Source: Lama glama (Eukaryota). Taken from it: DNA of 64,000 nucleotides. Below the pieces are notes generated by a model, which made no database searches, was not told the origin of the DNA, and saw only the letters and a program-made list of their open reading frames with translations. Of this stretch, positions 1-15,170 are shown piece after piece. The position numbers and the translations under genes were made by a program. Positions within the stretch are counted from its first letter, which is position 1. Each line of letters begins with the position of its first letter. The DNA is taken from positions 79,238,001-79,302,000 of the forward strand of contig CM052817.1 of the NCBI GenBank assembly GCA_028534125.1, in the 5' to 3' direction.

Positions 1-2758
1 TAAGATCAAGTATGTCATCAATAAAATTTCACAGATATGTTAAAATAAGCCACAAAACTTATTTTCCTGTCTGCCAAGATTCAACATATATTTTTCGAAT
101 ACTTATTATGTGCAGACACTGATATTGGAAAGGTAAAAGTCCTGCACAAATGGCAGAAAATTCCAGTGCTTTTTAATTCGGTGAAAGAAGATTGAAAATG
201 ATTCGTACATCTGTGTACCACTTGGCTACAGTAGTCAACTACTAGTCATTTTTAAAAAAATTACATAGTCTAGTCATTTTTTTTTAAAATTACATAAGCA
301 AAACTCTCAGTACATTTAGTTCATTATCTGAATTCCACAGACCACCTCTCATGTGTTTTCTCCAAATAGTTTTTCAGAAGAATAAAGATAACAGCTTATA
401 TGGAACCTTTAGGGAATTTGCTACTATGGAGAAAAACCAACTTTTTCAGATGGAAATGGAAAAAAAAATTCTTTAACAGTTGGAAATTTTATATTGCTCC
501 TTTTTCTCCCTGAACTTTTATTTTCATTCCACTTCCCCCATATACATTTATCTTAATGTAATGCACTCATATGCTTGAAATTCTTTTACACTTCTCTGCA
601 ACCAAGACAAAACAAACTGAATTTTTTTTAATCTTCTGTGACTACAAAGCTCTAAGCATTAGAAATTTCTATCATTATAATTATTAGTATTTCACAATTG
701 ATCAAGAGTTTTAGTAAATAATAATTAACCACAAAAACAAAATTCTATAGGAAATACATCTCATGAGATGAGTGGGACTTTTTTCCCTTCCAAATTATTC
801 ATGTATCACAAGTGAGTATTATTATATATTGCGAGTCAGTTCAATTCCTATTTTTCATTTTCATAGATGCAAGCACAAATCGACCTTAGTCCCATAAAGA
901 TATTGATGAAAATAAAAGAAATTTTGTTGTAGAAAGTTCACTTGATTGTTTAAATATCTCCCAAGTCATAACCTAAAATCACCAAATCTACCACCAAAAA
1001 TGTTTTTAATGATATAGCATCTGACATCTGATTATGTCCTCCTCCTATTTATTGAAAGCAAAACACTGGAAACCGTCTGACTACAGATGGATGTTTTATC
1101 CAATCTACACAGTCACACATATTCTCAGTTTCTGAGTGGTTTATCAAGTAACTATTGTAACTTTTACTCTTTTACTCACTTAGAAGTATCTTATTTAGCC
1201 TAATGTACTCAGAAAAAGTTACAAAAATTAGAAAACTTCTATTTTTTTTGCCAATGCAATATTTTAATGAAATTCATTTTTCTTATGTACTTTAAGTACC
1301 TTTTTGCAAAAGTATTTTGTAAAAGATTTAACTAATTCAACTTATATTTTTAAAAAACAGTCATATAAGCATAAAACAGGAGATCCTAGACGATATAGTA
1401 CAGATATGGTTCACGTAAGTAATATCACAGAATACCAATTATGGGAATTCACCAAAAAAAGGCCTTGGCCATTGCTCAAAATATTGGTGAATGAATATAT
1501 ATTTAAAAGTTTAAGTTAAAATGTGATGTTTAAGGTAGGTATTTATTGTCTTTTTATGATTTGCCCCTTAACTTTTTTGATGAACCAATTGTCAGTCCAG
1601 ACTGTGTCAGATACGAGAACTTCTCCTCATTAGGAAAACTATAAAGAGTGATACGATGAATCAAGATGAGGCAGCATATTTGAAGCCTTAACAAAACCTG
1701 AAAGTGGTACCTCTATCATCATACTAACAGAAGAGTGGGAAGATAGGAATTCTTAGTGTCTCACCCAGCAGAGGAGGGGACATGCTATGTCATTACTGAG
1801 GTTTGGACTGGAAGTCAAAGAGGAGATGTGGGGTCTAAACAGGAACCTCCTCAGGGATCGATGAGAAAAAACAGGAGATTATCAACATAGGATTATTATA
1901 CACTTTTAAGCCCAAACTATTATTGGCATCATTAGCAAGGTGACTTTTTATACCAAGGTAAATTGAACAAATATGAAATAAATCTAGGAAGTAAATTGTA
2001 TAATGTCTTTAATCCCCATATTATCAATATAACAATATTTTTATGCACCAAAACATCTGTATTTACTGATCTGCAGTAAAAGTTGGTACTGGAAGGAACC
2101 ACTAATTAAGAAATTAGACAAAGAAAGAAAAGTTGATACTGAGTTGTGGCTTGTTGTTAAACAGCCTCAATATATCACACATGAAGCAGTATAGGGAAAC
2201 CCTGGACTGGAGAATACCACTTTACGAAAAATGGAAGATTCAATATATACAAGACTGCTTCTCCATGTGACTTTGTACCTGGGGATAAACAAGCTTAATT
2301 ACACTTAAAATATGTGAACTAAAAATTACTCTTATCTAGTATTTATTCATTTACAGTGGACCTTGGGTGGCTAGAAGGAAATTGCTCTTTTCCCTTTCCA
2401 CTTAAGAATATTTTTAATGTTGTCTTACAATATGAAATTTATTCCTAAAACCTTATTGCTTTAAAACAACACAGTCCCATTTACGTTACCCCAACATATA
2501 AATGTTACTCCTGTAGTCTATTATGTATTATAGAAACTTAGGCAAAATATTTAATACTTTGGAAATACAATATTTAGAAACGAAATGAAGAAGCGATTTA
2601 TTATTTAGCCTGAGGGCAACAGTCTATTACTCACACATAAGAGTAGCCTAGAGAAGAGTTTGATAATATCAAAGCAGTAATACTGTCAAAGTCAAACACA
2701 AAATTTGAATACATTTCACCTATTAAAACACAAACTATCATAGTCATCTCTATAATTA

Positions 2759-3064
<306 letters not shown>

Positions 3065-3139
3065 TCATCAGGGGTCCTCTTTTCCATCCACATTCAGCCA
3101 TTTCCAAGGCTTTAAATATAAATCTACTACATGGTAAAG

Positions 3140-4200
3140 GCCCCTAACTTTACATCTTCAGCTCTGGCTTCTCCCCAGAGCTCCAGACTCATATATCCAA
3201 GTTCTTCTTCAGCTTCTCTTCTTAAACATCCATTTGCATCTCAAACTTCCCATGCTCCATACAAAATTCTTTATTCTTTAACCACACCCCATCAGTAAGG
3301 CTGCATCTGTAACTGTTGCTGCCTCAAACAAAATTCTTTATTTTTCATCACACCCCATCAATTATGCTCCTTCCCCAGTCTCCTCTCAGTATGATACCAC
3401 CCAGTCGCTCAGGCCAAAAATCTAGACTGCATCTCTGATTCTTCTCTTTTTCTCACTTTCCATTTCAAACCCATTAGCAAGTTTTATCAGCTCTACCTCC
3501 AAAAAAAGAAATCACCTCCTACTTTCTATTTCCAATTATCATTAGCCTAGTCTGGGCTATTGGTTTCTCTGGTCTAGACGAGGGTAAATTGAAATATCTG
3601 TAACAGTAACTTTCCAACTAAATTCCATGCCTCCAGTTTTGACCTGTTTTCCCCCAAATCCACTCTCTATGGAGTGTTTTTGTTTGTTTCTTGATTTGGT
3701 AAATTAGGTCATGTCATACCCCACTTACAATTCTCCAATGACTTCCCACTGTACTTAGATTAAAATTCAAATCCTTTTCCAAGGTTTACAAGGACCTACA
3801 TGATTTGGTTTACTCTACCTCTGATTTCATGGCACAGTAATGCCCTGAGACACACTGATCTTTCTACTGCTCCTCAACTGAATCAAGTTTACTTTTGTCT
3901 CAAGTCCTCTTTCTTTATTTTTTCCTCTTCCTTGACATTCTTTTTCCCTAAATCTCCTAAACTACTCACTCATTTTCTTATAAATCAGATCTGAACTCAA
4001 AATTTACCTCTTGTAAGACACCTTCCATGATCCCTCAGTCTATAAGTAGCCTTCCTTCTTCCACCCATCACTCTCAAACATATTACTCTGTTAAATTTTC
4101 TTCAGGTGACTAATTGAAGCTATCCTATTTATTCATTTGTTTATCCTCTCTCTCCCATAAAAAGTATTTGTTGAAGGAATAAAGGAACACATGAATAAAT
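3140..4200 (+). mobile_element. LINE-2 3' fragment (ancient)
   Basis: Pyrimidine-rich L2-like body (ctccagactcatatatccaa...catctcaaac...) ending in the L2 tail tatttgttgaaggaataaa. Confidence 0.7.
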
Positions 4201-4628
4201 ATGCTGTATCTATAAGTAGCCATCTCACCACCTACTAAGTCAGATATAAATTCCCCTTAGAAAGGTATAAATTCCTTAGAAAACAGGACTATTCCCTGAC
4301 CCACGGTACTTCTTTGCCTCACACCAAGTACTCCCAAATTCCAATTAATTAACTCCCTACACCAAACAATGAAAAACAAATTTGAGCATAGACTGATGTT
4401 ACAGATGGAAATTAGTCTATAAATTACTGTTAGCATTTCTTACTTTAAAATATTATACCCAAAGTATGGTAGGCCTGTTAAATAAACAAATAGTAAATAA
4501 ACCTGAGGTGGCTCTGTAAATTGCTAAATCTGCTATAAATATTAATAAATAAAACAAAATGAAAACTGTAATTTAGGATACTTTATTTAATAATCACTGG
4601 AATTTCAGAATCTACATGAAGAACATAC

Positions 4629-4745
4629 CTCCCCTCTTCTTCTCATTTCGAATTTCCCACTTGTGTATTGGTCTAGAAGCAGTGATTTGAATAAGCCCAA
4701 GTTTTCCATCTGATGTTCCAAACAAAAGGTCTTCTCCAGAGTCAC
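4629..4745 (-). CDS. BBS7: BBS7 coding exon 7 (117 nt)
   Basis: Encodes (G)[38 protein letters not shown]; ag/gtatgt boundaries; phase 1-1. Confidence 0.96.
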
Positions 4746-5155
4746 CTAGTTATAATTAAAATCAATATATAACAGTTATCTCATAACTCATAATATCTCT
4801 TTAAAATTAAAACATTTTCATATATATTAACTTTCATGGAAAAATTTCACTTAAAAATACTAAAAGACAGATTTTAATTAATTGAATTAATTTGGAAGGA
4901 TGGTCATATATTCAGAGAATTTTATGATCATAAGAGATAAGATCTCTCCTCATCAACTAATTTTAAGATGAGGAAACTGAAAATTAAAGTTCAGTAACTC
5001 ATTACTGTTAGTTACTGGCAAGTTAGAAGACAACTATCTCTTTCTACAATTTCCTGTTTTCACTTAACATATAAATGACTAAAAACCTGAAATATCTAGA
5101 CTTAAATAATATAACTCTCTCCCTATTTGATTATGAAAAATGAAACCCTGATTAC

Positions 5156-5228
5156 CGCCATTTCCATTGTGCAGTGCTAAAACAGTAGGTGGGCCAGGAA
5201 CTTCAATTTCATACATCACATCAGATCC
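5156..5228 (-). CDS. BBS7: BBS7 coding exon 6 (73 nt)
   Basis: Encodes [24 protein letters not shown]; acceptor ttcttcttcag, donor gtaatc. Confidence 0.96.
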
Positions 5229-5935
5229 CTGAAGAAGAACAAGTATTTTAAAACTAAAACAGAATACAAACCTAAAATAATATAGGAACTCATTGATAAC
5301 ATCAATATTTATATAAAGAACCCTAGAATTAAAACTACTGAAAAAAAATTAGGTTATGAATATCAACTTGGATTTGTTAGCAATTTTGCATATGTTAACT
5401 CATTTTATAATAATACATGTGTGTATATACACATATATAGATAAAGTAAAAAGATCAAGGAAAGAAATATTTAAAATATTCTCCACTTTCAATACTTTTT
5501 CTTTTAAGTACTTTGTTTACCTGAAAACTTGGTCCTGGTAAATCTCCCTATCAAATGCTTCCGTGAACAAGTTGTTTCTTTTGTCCTAACTTGAGAGCCT
5601 TACTTAGAGCACATTCAAACAGACCCAGAATTACTTCCTAAGGAAAATTCTGGCCTTGCCTTGGGTATTTCCAAAACCCACTCCAGTAAGAGGCAGAATG
5701 ACCTGCTATTTGGATAAGTAAACAAGTTAAATTCTTTTATTTGTCTTTTCTTCCATTTTGCTGCTTACAATCCTTTCATTTAGTGTATGGTATTTGTGAA
5801 GCTGTCAAAGAACGAGGCAGAAATAATCAATTCACATGGAAAAAATATCTATGATAAATCATTCAATGAAAAAATATTCATAAAATTATAATAAATATAG
5901 TATATTATTATTGTTTAAAAATGTTAAACATACAA

Positions 5936-6050
5936 GGGGAGAGTGGCATAGCCAATTGGTAGAATGTGTGCTTAGTCTTTCACAATCCTCAGTACCCCCA
6001 CTAAAAAAATAAATACTTAAATAAATAAACCTAATTACCTCCCCCTCCAA
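5936..6050 (+). mobile_element. Vic-1-type tRNA-Ala SINE, internally deleted and degenerate
   Basis: gggga...tggtagaatgtgtgcttag...cagtaccccca, A-rich tail, aaacctaattacctcccc shared with the other copies. Confidence 0.7.
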
Positions 6051-6618
6051 ATTCACAGATATTTACATCTAACTATATAAACACAAAAGAATACACACAA
6101 AACTGTTGAAAAAAGGTTACCTTTGGGGCAACAGATTGCCCACAAAGGTAGATGGGGAGTAGGGGAGAAGTGTGCAGGGCAGAGGAAAGACTTCCACTTT
6201 TTACTTTCCACAAATCCTTAGTGATTTTTTTTTAAATAAGCATATGGATCTCTTCCTATTAAACAAAGCAGAATCCTAGAATGCAGCCAGATCAATCTGT
6301 AATTGAATGAGAGCTAGCTCCTATTAAAAGTCTTACTCAAACAACTCGTATTTGAGAGCACAGGCTTAGGGGAGAAATCAATCATTCATGCTGCTAGAGT
6401 GAAATTTGAACATTACTTTAATTTTCCAGAGAGAAAAAAACACTTCATAGAATCACTGGATTTTTCCTTCTATAAAAGGGCTAATGCCGAGAAATGGCTC
6501 TCTGACTATGAAGTTCCAAAGAGTGAGGTAGCTTGTTGTGGCACAGAATAACCATCTAGACTTTATTCAATTGCACTGTCATTATCCTAATGATGTACTG
6601 ATTGTTCATCAATATTCA

Positions 6619-6870
<252 letters not shown>

Positions 6871-7169
6871 TTAAGATATCCACATTTTAAAAAATAAGCA
6901 TAGGAAACTCCTGAATTATTTTCAGAGATAAAAATAAAAGTTTATTTATATACAGTTTACTATCATTCTACCACAGACTCAGAGAACAGTTTGTTTTTCA
7001 TTTTCCCCCACTTAATTTCTAGCCCTTTAGTATAACACTGATTTTGAAAGCTGAAAATGAGAATCTTAAAGCCTCAAGCTTCTAAAAAACTGAGCTCAGA
7101 AAAACTGAAAAAAAGACAAGATTATGATAATCTGTCTGTATCTGAAGGCAATCTATCAAAAAGTAACTT

Positions 7170-7360
7170 TTTTGAATGTGTACTCTGTGCTAAGTGATTT
7201 ACATGTATTAGCTCAATCCTCAGAACTCTATATATAAACTAGGGACCATTACTAGCCCTTTTTAAGGGTAATTATAAAGTGTTAAGTAAATTCTTTCCTA
7301 AAGGCATACAACTAGTAGATAGTAGAGCAGAATGCAACTCAGATAGTTTTTTACTCTACA
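7170..7360 (-). mobile_element. MIR SINE fragment
   Basis: Reverse complement of the MIR core (ctgtgctaagtgatttacatgtattagctcaatcctca...gttaagtaa...caactagta). Confidence 0.6.
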
Positions 7361-9054
7361 GTTTCTTACTAACACACTAAACAGCCTGAAAAAGGCTATT
7401 TGAAGTTAATCTACTTGAAACTAAATAATAAATATTGGAAAATGATTTCATTAGAATTTTAATTTGAAAAAAGAAGTAAGTTCATTTCAAATTATATTTA
7501 ACAAAATTTAAATAATAGTCATAACTATGTTCTAATTCTTAGAATAAATCAAGTTTTCACTGGGGGACCTGAAATATTTTGACAAAAATTATATATTAGT
7601 CTATTATCTTTCACTTCTAGATAGCTATCACCATGTGGTCATAAAGAGAAGAATATTATTTGAAGGTTTCTCCTATTTCTCCATCTCTAAGGTCTATTTA
7701 AATTTTTTGATACAATTATTCCTTATCCTATAACGATCCTCACTGATTTTATCTTCTTTAATTATTACTTAAGTGGCTTCACTTTGTGGCTCTGCATATG
7801 ATTTCAGTAATCCTCTTAATATCATTTTTATCAACTTGAAATTCTGTATCTTTTTCAAGATTTGAAATCCATCTGTATTTTATATGCATTATATTATTCA
7901 AAGCACTACTTGGCAATCACTATTGCTGACAAGAGTATAGAAACATTAGGCAGGGAAGGATTCATGAGTGGTAATCAGTTTTATATGCAGTCAGTTTTCT
8001 TATTGAATATTTTCAAAGTTATAATCTTGTTTTCCCATGCAACCTTATAAATGTGGAGATTCAGATAATAAATTTTTAAAAATTGAGTAAAGAACCTTTC
8101 CTCTCCCACTCAAGTAAAAACATTTAAGAAACTAGCAAAAGAGGCTATTGGCTGGGAAACTCCTTATCTTCCTCACACCTCGGTCCACATTCATTTCTGA
8201 ATGTAGAGGTATGCCAATAATTAATTACTTTAGTTTTAGTATTTCACAATTATCACTGGCCATGTCTATCTAGAAAAGCATTTCAAAAGAATGACATTCT
8301 TGTTAAACTACTGAATTGCTTCCACTTACCATTAATTCTTATCCAGTCTCACCAAAGCAAAGTTTTACAGCCCAGATACCAGGACGCATGCTATCTATGC
8401 ATTATATAAAATTACACAAGACAGCTGTGAATTACACTGAACTCTGAACTGAATCAGCAGTTTCCAAATTAAGGTCTGGCTGCTTATACAACACGGCTGC
8501 ATAGGATTCAGATGAAGAACTTTTTCCTTTTAACCCACTCCTAATACTTCTGATTCTGCAGGTATGAGGTGGGACAAGGAATCTACTGTTTTAAGTTTCC
8601 ACAGTATTCTCCTAAATAGCAGGATTAAAGAACAGTAGATTAGATAAACTTTAAAGCCCCTCCCAGCTCTCCATGATTCAAAAACTAAAATTTTAATTGC
8701 AAAATTTCACATATCAGGGAGCCATTTAGGGAGCTATTTTTCACTTAGAGTCTTAACCTGACTCACCTGAAATTCTATCTTTTTGATAGTCACTAACTTT
8801 TATGGCCAGACTTTTAACAAAATGATAGTACCTCAAAACCAGAACTACCAGAGACAGCAAAGCAATGGAAACCTAAATATCTGGAGATTTCTTTCACTTC
8901 TTTTACACTCTGATCATGAATCATAACTGGACCAACTAGTCAAAACTGAATCTATACTGTGAAAGTCTTAAAAAGAAAACAACATGTCAACAACGAATGG
9001 ATTTTTGTATTGATTCTAGGTCAAATTTAATTTCTGACTAATAAAGTACCTTTA

Positions 9055-9345
<291 letters not shown>

Positions 9346-9574
9346 TCATTGGGGAAAAAATTAGGTACATAAATTTATTGCAAGCATTTTCCTTTACTAT
9401 AAAAAATCCTGTGATTTTAAACCTACAAAATATTATAGTTCTACAATAAGGAACACCTTTAAGTGCAAATGTATTTACTTTAGTGGTCCTCTGGGTTTTT
9501 TTGCTAAACATCTTCAAACTTTGTAATGTTTATTCCCACACATATTTCAATGACATCATTAAAATCTAAACTCT

Positions 9575-9710
9575 TGCAATTCAAAAGTATGGCCCACTCA
9601 GTAGCAGCATTAATATCACTCACCTTATCAGAAATGCAGGCTTTCAGGCCCAACCTCAGATCTACTGAATAAGAATCTGCATTTTAACAAGATTCCCCAG
9701 CTGGTTCCAA
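9575..9710. mobile_element. MER5A-like hAT MITE fragment (a second, more degenerate one at about 8457-8640)
   Basis: agaaatgcag...caggcccaacctcagatctactgaataagaatctgcattttaacaagattcccc matches recalled MER5A. Confidence 0.7.
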
Positions 9711-10089
9711 TGGACTTGTTTTTACACTTCAGTCATCTTTTTAAAACTCATCTCTCCTGGTTGCCTTACAATGTTACAAATTTTGATAGTATAAATGAAG
9801 GACTACAGAATTTACTGAAAACCTGGGTGTATAACTTAATACCTCTCTATTTAATTGGAAATAACATTTGCATTATTTATTTCTTCCTGGTTATTTTCTA
9901 TTTTATTATTGACATCAGTTTCTTCCCTTCCCCCTCCCCCACTCCCATTGACTTCATATACAGAGAATAAAATATCTGGAAAAATATACAAATAATGGAA
10001 ACACTCAGTTTCTGATAGTTTTTACCCTCTTCATCTTTTTACAAATTCCATATAATGCATAATGAATATAAGAATTCACATTTCAGACC

Positions 10090-10578
10090 AATCACTTGTA
10101 AATTATGATCTGTGAATATGATGATGTAATAACCACTTCCTTGATTAGGCTCCATTAAGTGGCAACGTGACGTGATAGTCACTTCCATGTTACATTATAT
10201 TACAAAAGACTCCATCTTAGCAGACTGGACAGATTTTCCTGTTGACTTAAAGTAAGTCACCTCGTTGTAAGAATGCCTTGTCACCACATGACAAGGAACT
10301 GTGGGGGCCTCAAAGTGCCGAAAGCAGTCCCTAGCTTACAGACAGCAATAAAATGGGGACCTCAGTATAACAACAATAAAGAACTGAATTCTTCCAACAA
10401 CCCTGTGGGCTTAGAACAGGACACTGAGCTCCAGAAAGGAGTAGAGCCTGCTGACATCTACACTGCAGCCACATGAGGCCTCCAGTCTGGACTCCTGCCG
10501 CTGTTAGATAATAAATGTATGTCCTTTTAAGCCTCTAAGTTTGAGGCAATTTGTTACACAGCATAGAAAATGAATACA
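10090..10578 (+). mobile_element. MLT1-family MaLR solo LTR
   Basis: Typical 3' end: ataataaatg...ttttaagcctctaagtttgaggcaatttgttacacagcatagaaaatgaataca. Confidence 0.75.
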
Positions 10579-10653
10579 TTGCGGTAGGCTGTCACAGATG
10601 TTTTGCAAATGGCTAACAAATGACTCTTATGTGGCCTGCAGCCTCATACTTCA

Positions 10654-10815
<162 letters not shown>

Positions 10816-11392
10816 CTAAAATTACTATTATTATGCCCTGATAACTTATATGGGGAAAGCAACATTTGCAATATGTAAATTATGATCTTAAAAGTAGAAA
10901 TCAGAAAATCTAGTAAAGATATCCCCACAAAAAAATAATCCTCCAAAGAATTATAAGAAAGGGTCAAAGAGGCAGCTATGAAAAGCTGTTATGGATGTAG
11001 CTGGCCTTCCATTCTGTTCCTCCAGGTTAAACAGAGCAAAAGAATCGGGACAGAAATGGAAAGGAGGTAATTTCTTTTCCCTTTAACTGGAGCATAAGAA
11101 CATTTTAAGATTAACTTAAAACAGATTATCAAAGTAATGTTGTGACTGACCTACTTGATATTTTAAAAACCTTTTTATGGAAAAATTTTAACATATGCAA
11201 AAGTAGACAGAATATTATAATGAATTACCATGTATCCATCACCCATCACTCAGCTTCAATAATTATCAACATGTGGCCAATGAATTATTTTGAATTAAAT
11301 ACAGAGGGAGATTTTGACACCTCTCTCTCAGAAATTGATAATCAAGCAAATAAAAGATAAGGATATAGATTAGAAAAAGATTACCTTTGATC

Positions 11393-11510
11393 TTATATAT
11401 ATATATATACACACATACACATATATACATTGTGTGTATACTATGTATATGTATCTAATACACATATACACACACACATACACACATATGTATACATGTA
11501 TATATGTGTA
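11393..11510. repeat. Compound (TA)n/(CA)n microsatellite
   Basis: Directly visible alternating purine-pyrimidine tract. Confidence 0.9.
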
Positions 11511-11731
11511 GGGGATTACAAATTCCTTCATGTATTTGATGAAAGCTGGGACTTTCTTCTCAGAACGATGAACATTAGTAAATAATTATGCACATATTTT
11601 CAGAAGATTTACAGACCTTTAGTATTGCCAGAATTTTTTTTCAGATGAAAAAATACATAGGAATAGTTAAAGTTTTGAAATTTTTGATAATACACTTCTC
11701 CAATAATTTGTAAAAAAACAGTAATCTATTA

Positions 11732-14369
11732 CAGGGATTCCCAAAGTGTGGTTCCTGGACTCCTGGGGTCAATAAGAACCTTCTAGGGAATCTTTCAGGT
11801 CAAAACCATTCTAAGTAAGTCTTTATTTTCCTTTTTCCCTAGGCTGATATTTGTGATGCTGGTGCAGAAGCAATGGTAAAATTGCTAGTATATGGCAAGA
11901 GTCAAAGCAATGACAAACTATAATCACTGTAATCTTCATCACCATTTGAGAGTACAGAAAAAAATTCCATCTAGTTTCATGTAACATGTCCTTAATGAAG
12001 CAATAAAAATTATTAATCTTATTAAATTCTGATGCTTGAGTACATCTCTTTTTAACATTTAGTGCGAGAAAATAGAAAGTATGCACAAAGCATTTTTGCT
12101 GTGTACAGGAGAGCACCTGTGTGATTGTTTGAGTTACAGGCTGAACTATGTACTTTTTTTCAAGAAACACCATTTTTAAGAATGAAAGAACAACAGACAG
12201 TGATTAACAACCAGTAATAACAAGTTGTTATTAACACTTGGGTATTTGGTAGACTTTTTTTTAAACTGAAGGAAGTGATCTTCTCATTTCAAAGGAATAC
12301 GTTTCCAAAGATAAAAGTTAAGCTTTCAAGTAAAAATCAGTATCTGCCACCATAAGCTTGACAGCTATGTGATACTCAACAACTTTTCTGATGAGATTAG
12401 CAGTGATATCAACAAATGTGATTTGTTTGATGTTCTATAATAAAACATGTCAACATTTACAGGATGCTATAAATCACATATGGTTTTAAAAGATCCATTC
12501 AAAGTACCAAACAGACCAAAAGTATTTCAATATACCACAATACAAAAAGTTAATCAATACGGTTTTAGATTCCACATTGTTTAAGAAACTACTACTTATC
12601 AAGCTCAGGTGTAGTATCAAATATGAAGAACCAAAATTTATATGGAATTGCTATTTAAATACTCCTATTTTCTTTTTTAAAAATATTTTTAATTAAACTA
12701 TAGTCGATTTACAATGTTGTGTTAAGTTCTGGTGCTCCCTATTTTCAACTACATATCTATGTAAACTGGATTTTCTTCATATACTTCAACCAAAACAACA
12801 TACAGAAACAGACTGAATGTAGAAAACAGACATGAGAAGCAAAGTACTTCTGCTTATGCCAGAATAAAGAATTTGCAAAAATGTAACACAATGCAACCAT
12901 TCTCATTAAATTCTCTCTTTGTTTTTGAAGATAGTTACTTTTCATTAAAATGTTATTTATGTAAACATGCAATGTGTTTATTTTTTAATGAAATGGTAAA
13001 TATTTCAGACATTTTTTGGTTTTAATTTTAATATAGTAAGCATTGATAGATATAACCTAGGATCTACAGTAATTTAACACCATATACAAAAATAACTTAA
13101 AATGGATTAAAGACCTAAACGTAAGACCAGATACTATAAAATTCCTAGAGGAAAACATAGGCAGAACACTCTTTGATGTAAATCATAGCAGTATTTTTTT
13201 TGGCTCTGTCTCCTAAAAAGCAAAGGAAGTAAAAGCAAAAGTAAATAAATAGGATCTAATCAAACTTAAAGAATTTTTGCACAGCAAAGGAAACCATCAA
13301 TAAGACGAAAAGACCAGCTATTGAATGGAGAAAATATCTGCAAATGATATGACCAATAGGGGTTAATATCCAAAATATATAAATAGCTCATATGATTCAT
13401 CAAAAAAGCAAACAACCCAATGAAAAAAATGGGCAGAAGAACTGAACAGACATTTTTCCAAAGAGGAAAATGCCAATAGCACATGAAAAGATGCTCAACA
13501 TCACTAATCATTAGGAAAATGTAAATTACAACCACAATAAGATGTCACCTCACATCTGTCAGAATGACTATCATCAAAAAGAGCACAAATAACAAATGTT
13601 GACAAGAATGTGGAGAATAGGGAACCCTCGTACACTGCTGGTAGGAATGAAAATTTGTGCAGCCACTGTGGAAAACAGTATAGAAGTTTCTCAAAAAACT
13701 ACCATACAATCCAGCAATTCCACTCTTGGGTATATATATCCAAAAGAAACAAAAATACAAATTCAAAAAGATACATGCACCCCAATGTTCATAGCAGCAT
13801 TATTTACAATTGCCAAGATATGGAAGCAACCTAAGCGTCTATCAACAGGTCAATGTATAAAGAAGATGTGGTATATACACAATGGAATACAACTCAGCCA
13901 GAAAAAACAATGAAATTTGCCATCTGCAACAACATGGATAGATTTAGAGGGTATTATGCTAAGTGAAAAAAAGAAAACCATAAAAAAGAAAACAAACTAA
14001 TGAATATAACAAAAAAGGAGACTCACAGATATAGAGAACAAACTAGTGGTTACCAGTAGGGAGAGGGAAAGTGGGAAGGGCAATATGGAAGCAGGCGATT
14101 AAGAGGTACAAACTATTATGCATAAAATAAGCTACTATGATACACTGTAGAACATAGGGAATATAGACAATATTTTATAATAACTATAAATGGAGTATAA
14201 CCTTAAAAATTTTGAATTGCTATATTTTACCTTATATAATATTATCTAACTTCCACTTATATAATATTGTACACCAACTATACTTCAATTTAAAAAATTA
14301 AATAAATAAATAAACTGATCTTTAAAAAAAAAAGTAAGAGTCCTGAGACCAAAAGTTTGAGAAGTGTTG
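11732..14369 (+). mobile_element. Charlie1a-like hAT DNA transposon fossil with both termini, interrupted by L1 insertions
   Basis: Left end cagggattcccaaagtgtgg, right end gtcctgagaccaaaagtttgagaagtgttg; decayed transposase-like interior; 8-bp flanks atctatta / atttagca resemble a decayed hAT TSD. Confidence 0.8.
13075..14333 (+). mobile_element. 5'-truncated LINE-1 (ORF2 C-terminus, 3' UTR, A-rich tail) nested in the Charlie element
   Basis: Frameshifted ORF2 peptide ([25 protein letters not shown] 13596-13913); ends tacttcaatttaaaaaattaaataaa...A-run. Confidence 0.92.
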
Positions 14370-14794
14370 ATTTAGCAGACTGAATACAATAAATGACAGT
14401 CAAAAATCTGTTGATTTATTTTGATAAAATGTCAATATATAGGAATACTATATTTATTTTGCAGCTATTAAAACAATCCTATTAGTCTACTAAGAAATTA
14501 TAATTATCTTATGGAAATCATAGGATTAATGTTTTTATAAAAATAATCAATATTGTTAGTTAAATATAATGTTTAACATCAAAATACTTAATTATTTTAA
14601 AAAATACGATAAAGTTTTTAAAAAGCATTTTCTCTACAGACTCTTGTGCTTTATATTTTTTTTTTTCATATACCACAACCTGGTACACATAAGTACACAC
14701 ATAAGGATAAATTATTACCAGAAAAAATGGAAGATGGTTTTCAAGAGTTTGCTTACACTAATTTACTAATTATACATAATAATTTACAATGACC

Positions 14795-14920
14795 TTTAAT
14801 GAAAAAGAACATGAAAATGAATACACGTATGTATATGTATGACTGAGACATATGCTATACACCAGAAATTGACACATTGTAACTGACTATACTTCAATAA
14901 AAATTTTTTTAAACAAAAAA
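14795..14920 (+). mobile_element. Very short L1 3' end (artiodactyl type)
   Basis: gtatgtatatgtatgactgagac...tatacaccagaaattgacacattgtaactgactatacttcaataaaa; imperfect flanking duplication aatttacaatgacc / aattataatgccc. Confidence 0.75.
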
Positions 14921-15104
14921 TTATAATGCCCAAGAAAATTGTTGTCTATAATGTTCCTTGGTATTCAAACCTCTATTCAAATTAAAAGAAATTCATTTCC
15001 ATTTTAGTCTTGGAATTAAAAACAAATAACTTATCAATAAAAAAGGAAATAGAAACCTCTCCTCTGTCACAGCTAAGGAGATATGGAGAAGTCAGTGTCT
15101 CTAC

Positions 15105-15170
15105 CTTTTGTGTAGCTCTACATCTTGAGGCAGGAAGTAGCTTCATAGTCTTCTGAGAGGTCACTCCCAC
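15105..15170 (-). CDS. BBS7: BBS7 coding exon 2 (66 nt)
   Basis: Encodes VGVTSQKTMKLLPASRCRATQK; tttccttag/gtagag. Confidence 0.96.

Noticed and set aside
242..296. Short direct duplications (also 3260-3360, 4245-4285, 60261-60314, 61796-61823)
   Set aside because: Two-copy slippage duplications with no spacer array; not CRISPR-like and no sign of function.
5622..5653. Small inverted repeat ccagaatt-ac-ttcctaaggaa-aattctgg
   Set aside because: Too short for a pre-miRNA and plausible by chance in 64 kb.
13266..13913. Cluster of overlapping ORFs resembling database 'hypothetical proteins'
   Set aside because: Frameshifted LINE-1 ORF2 C-terminus and its antisense frames, not a gene.
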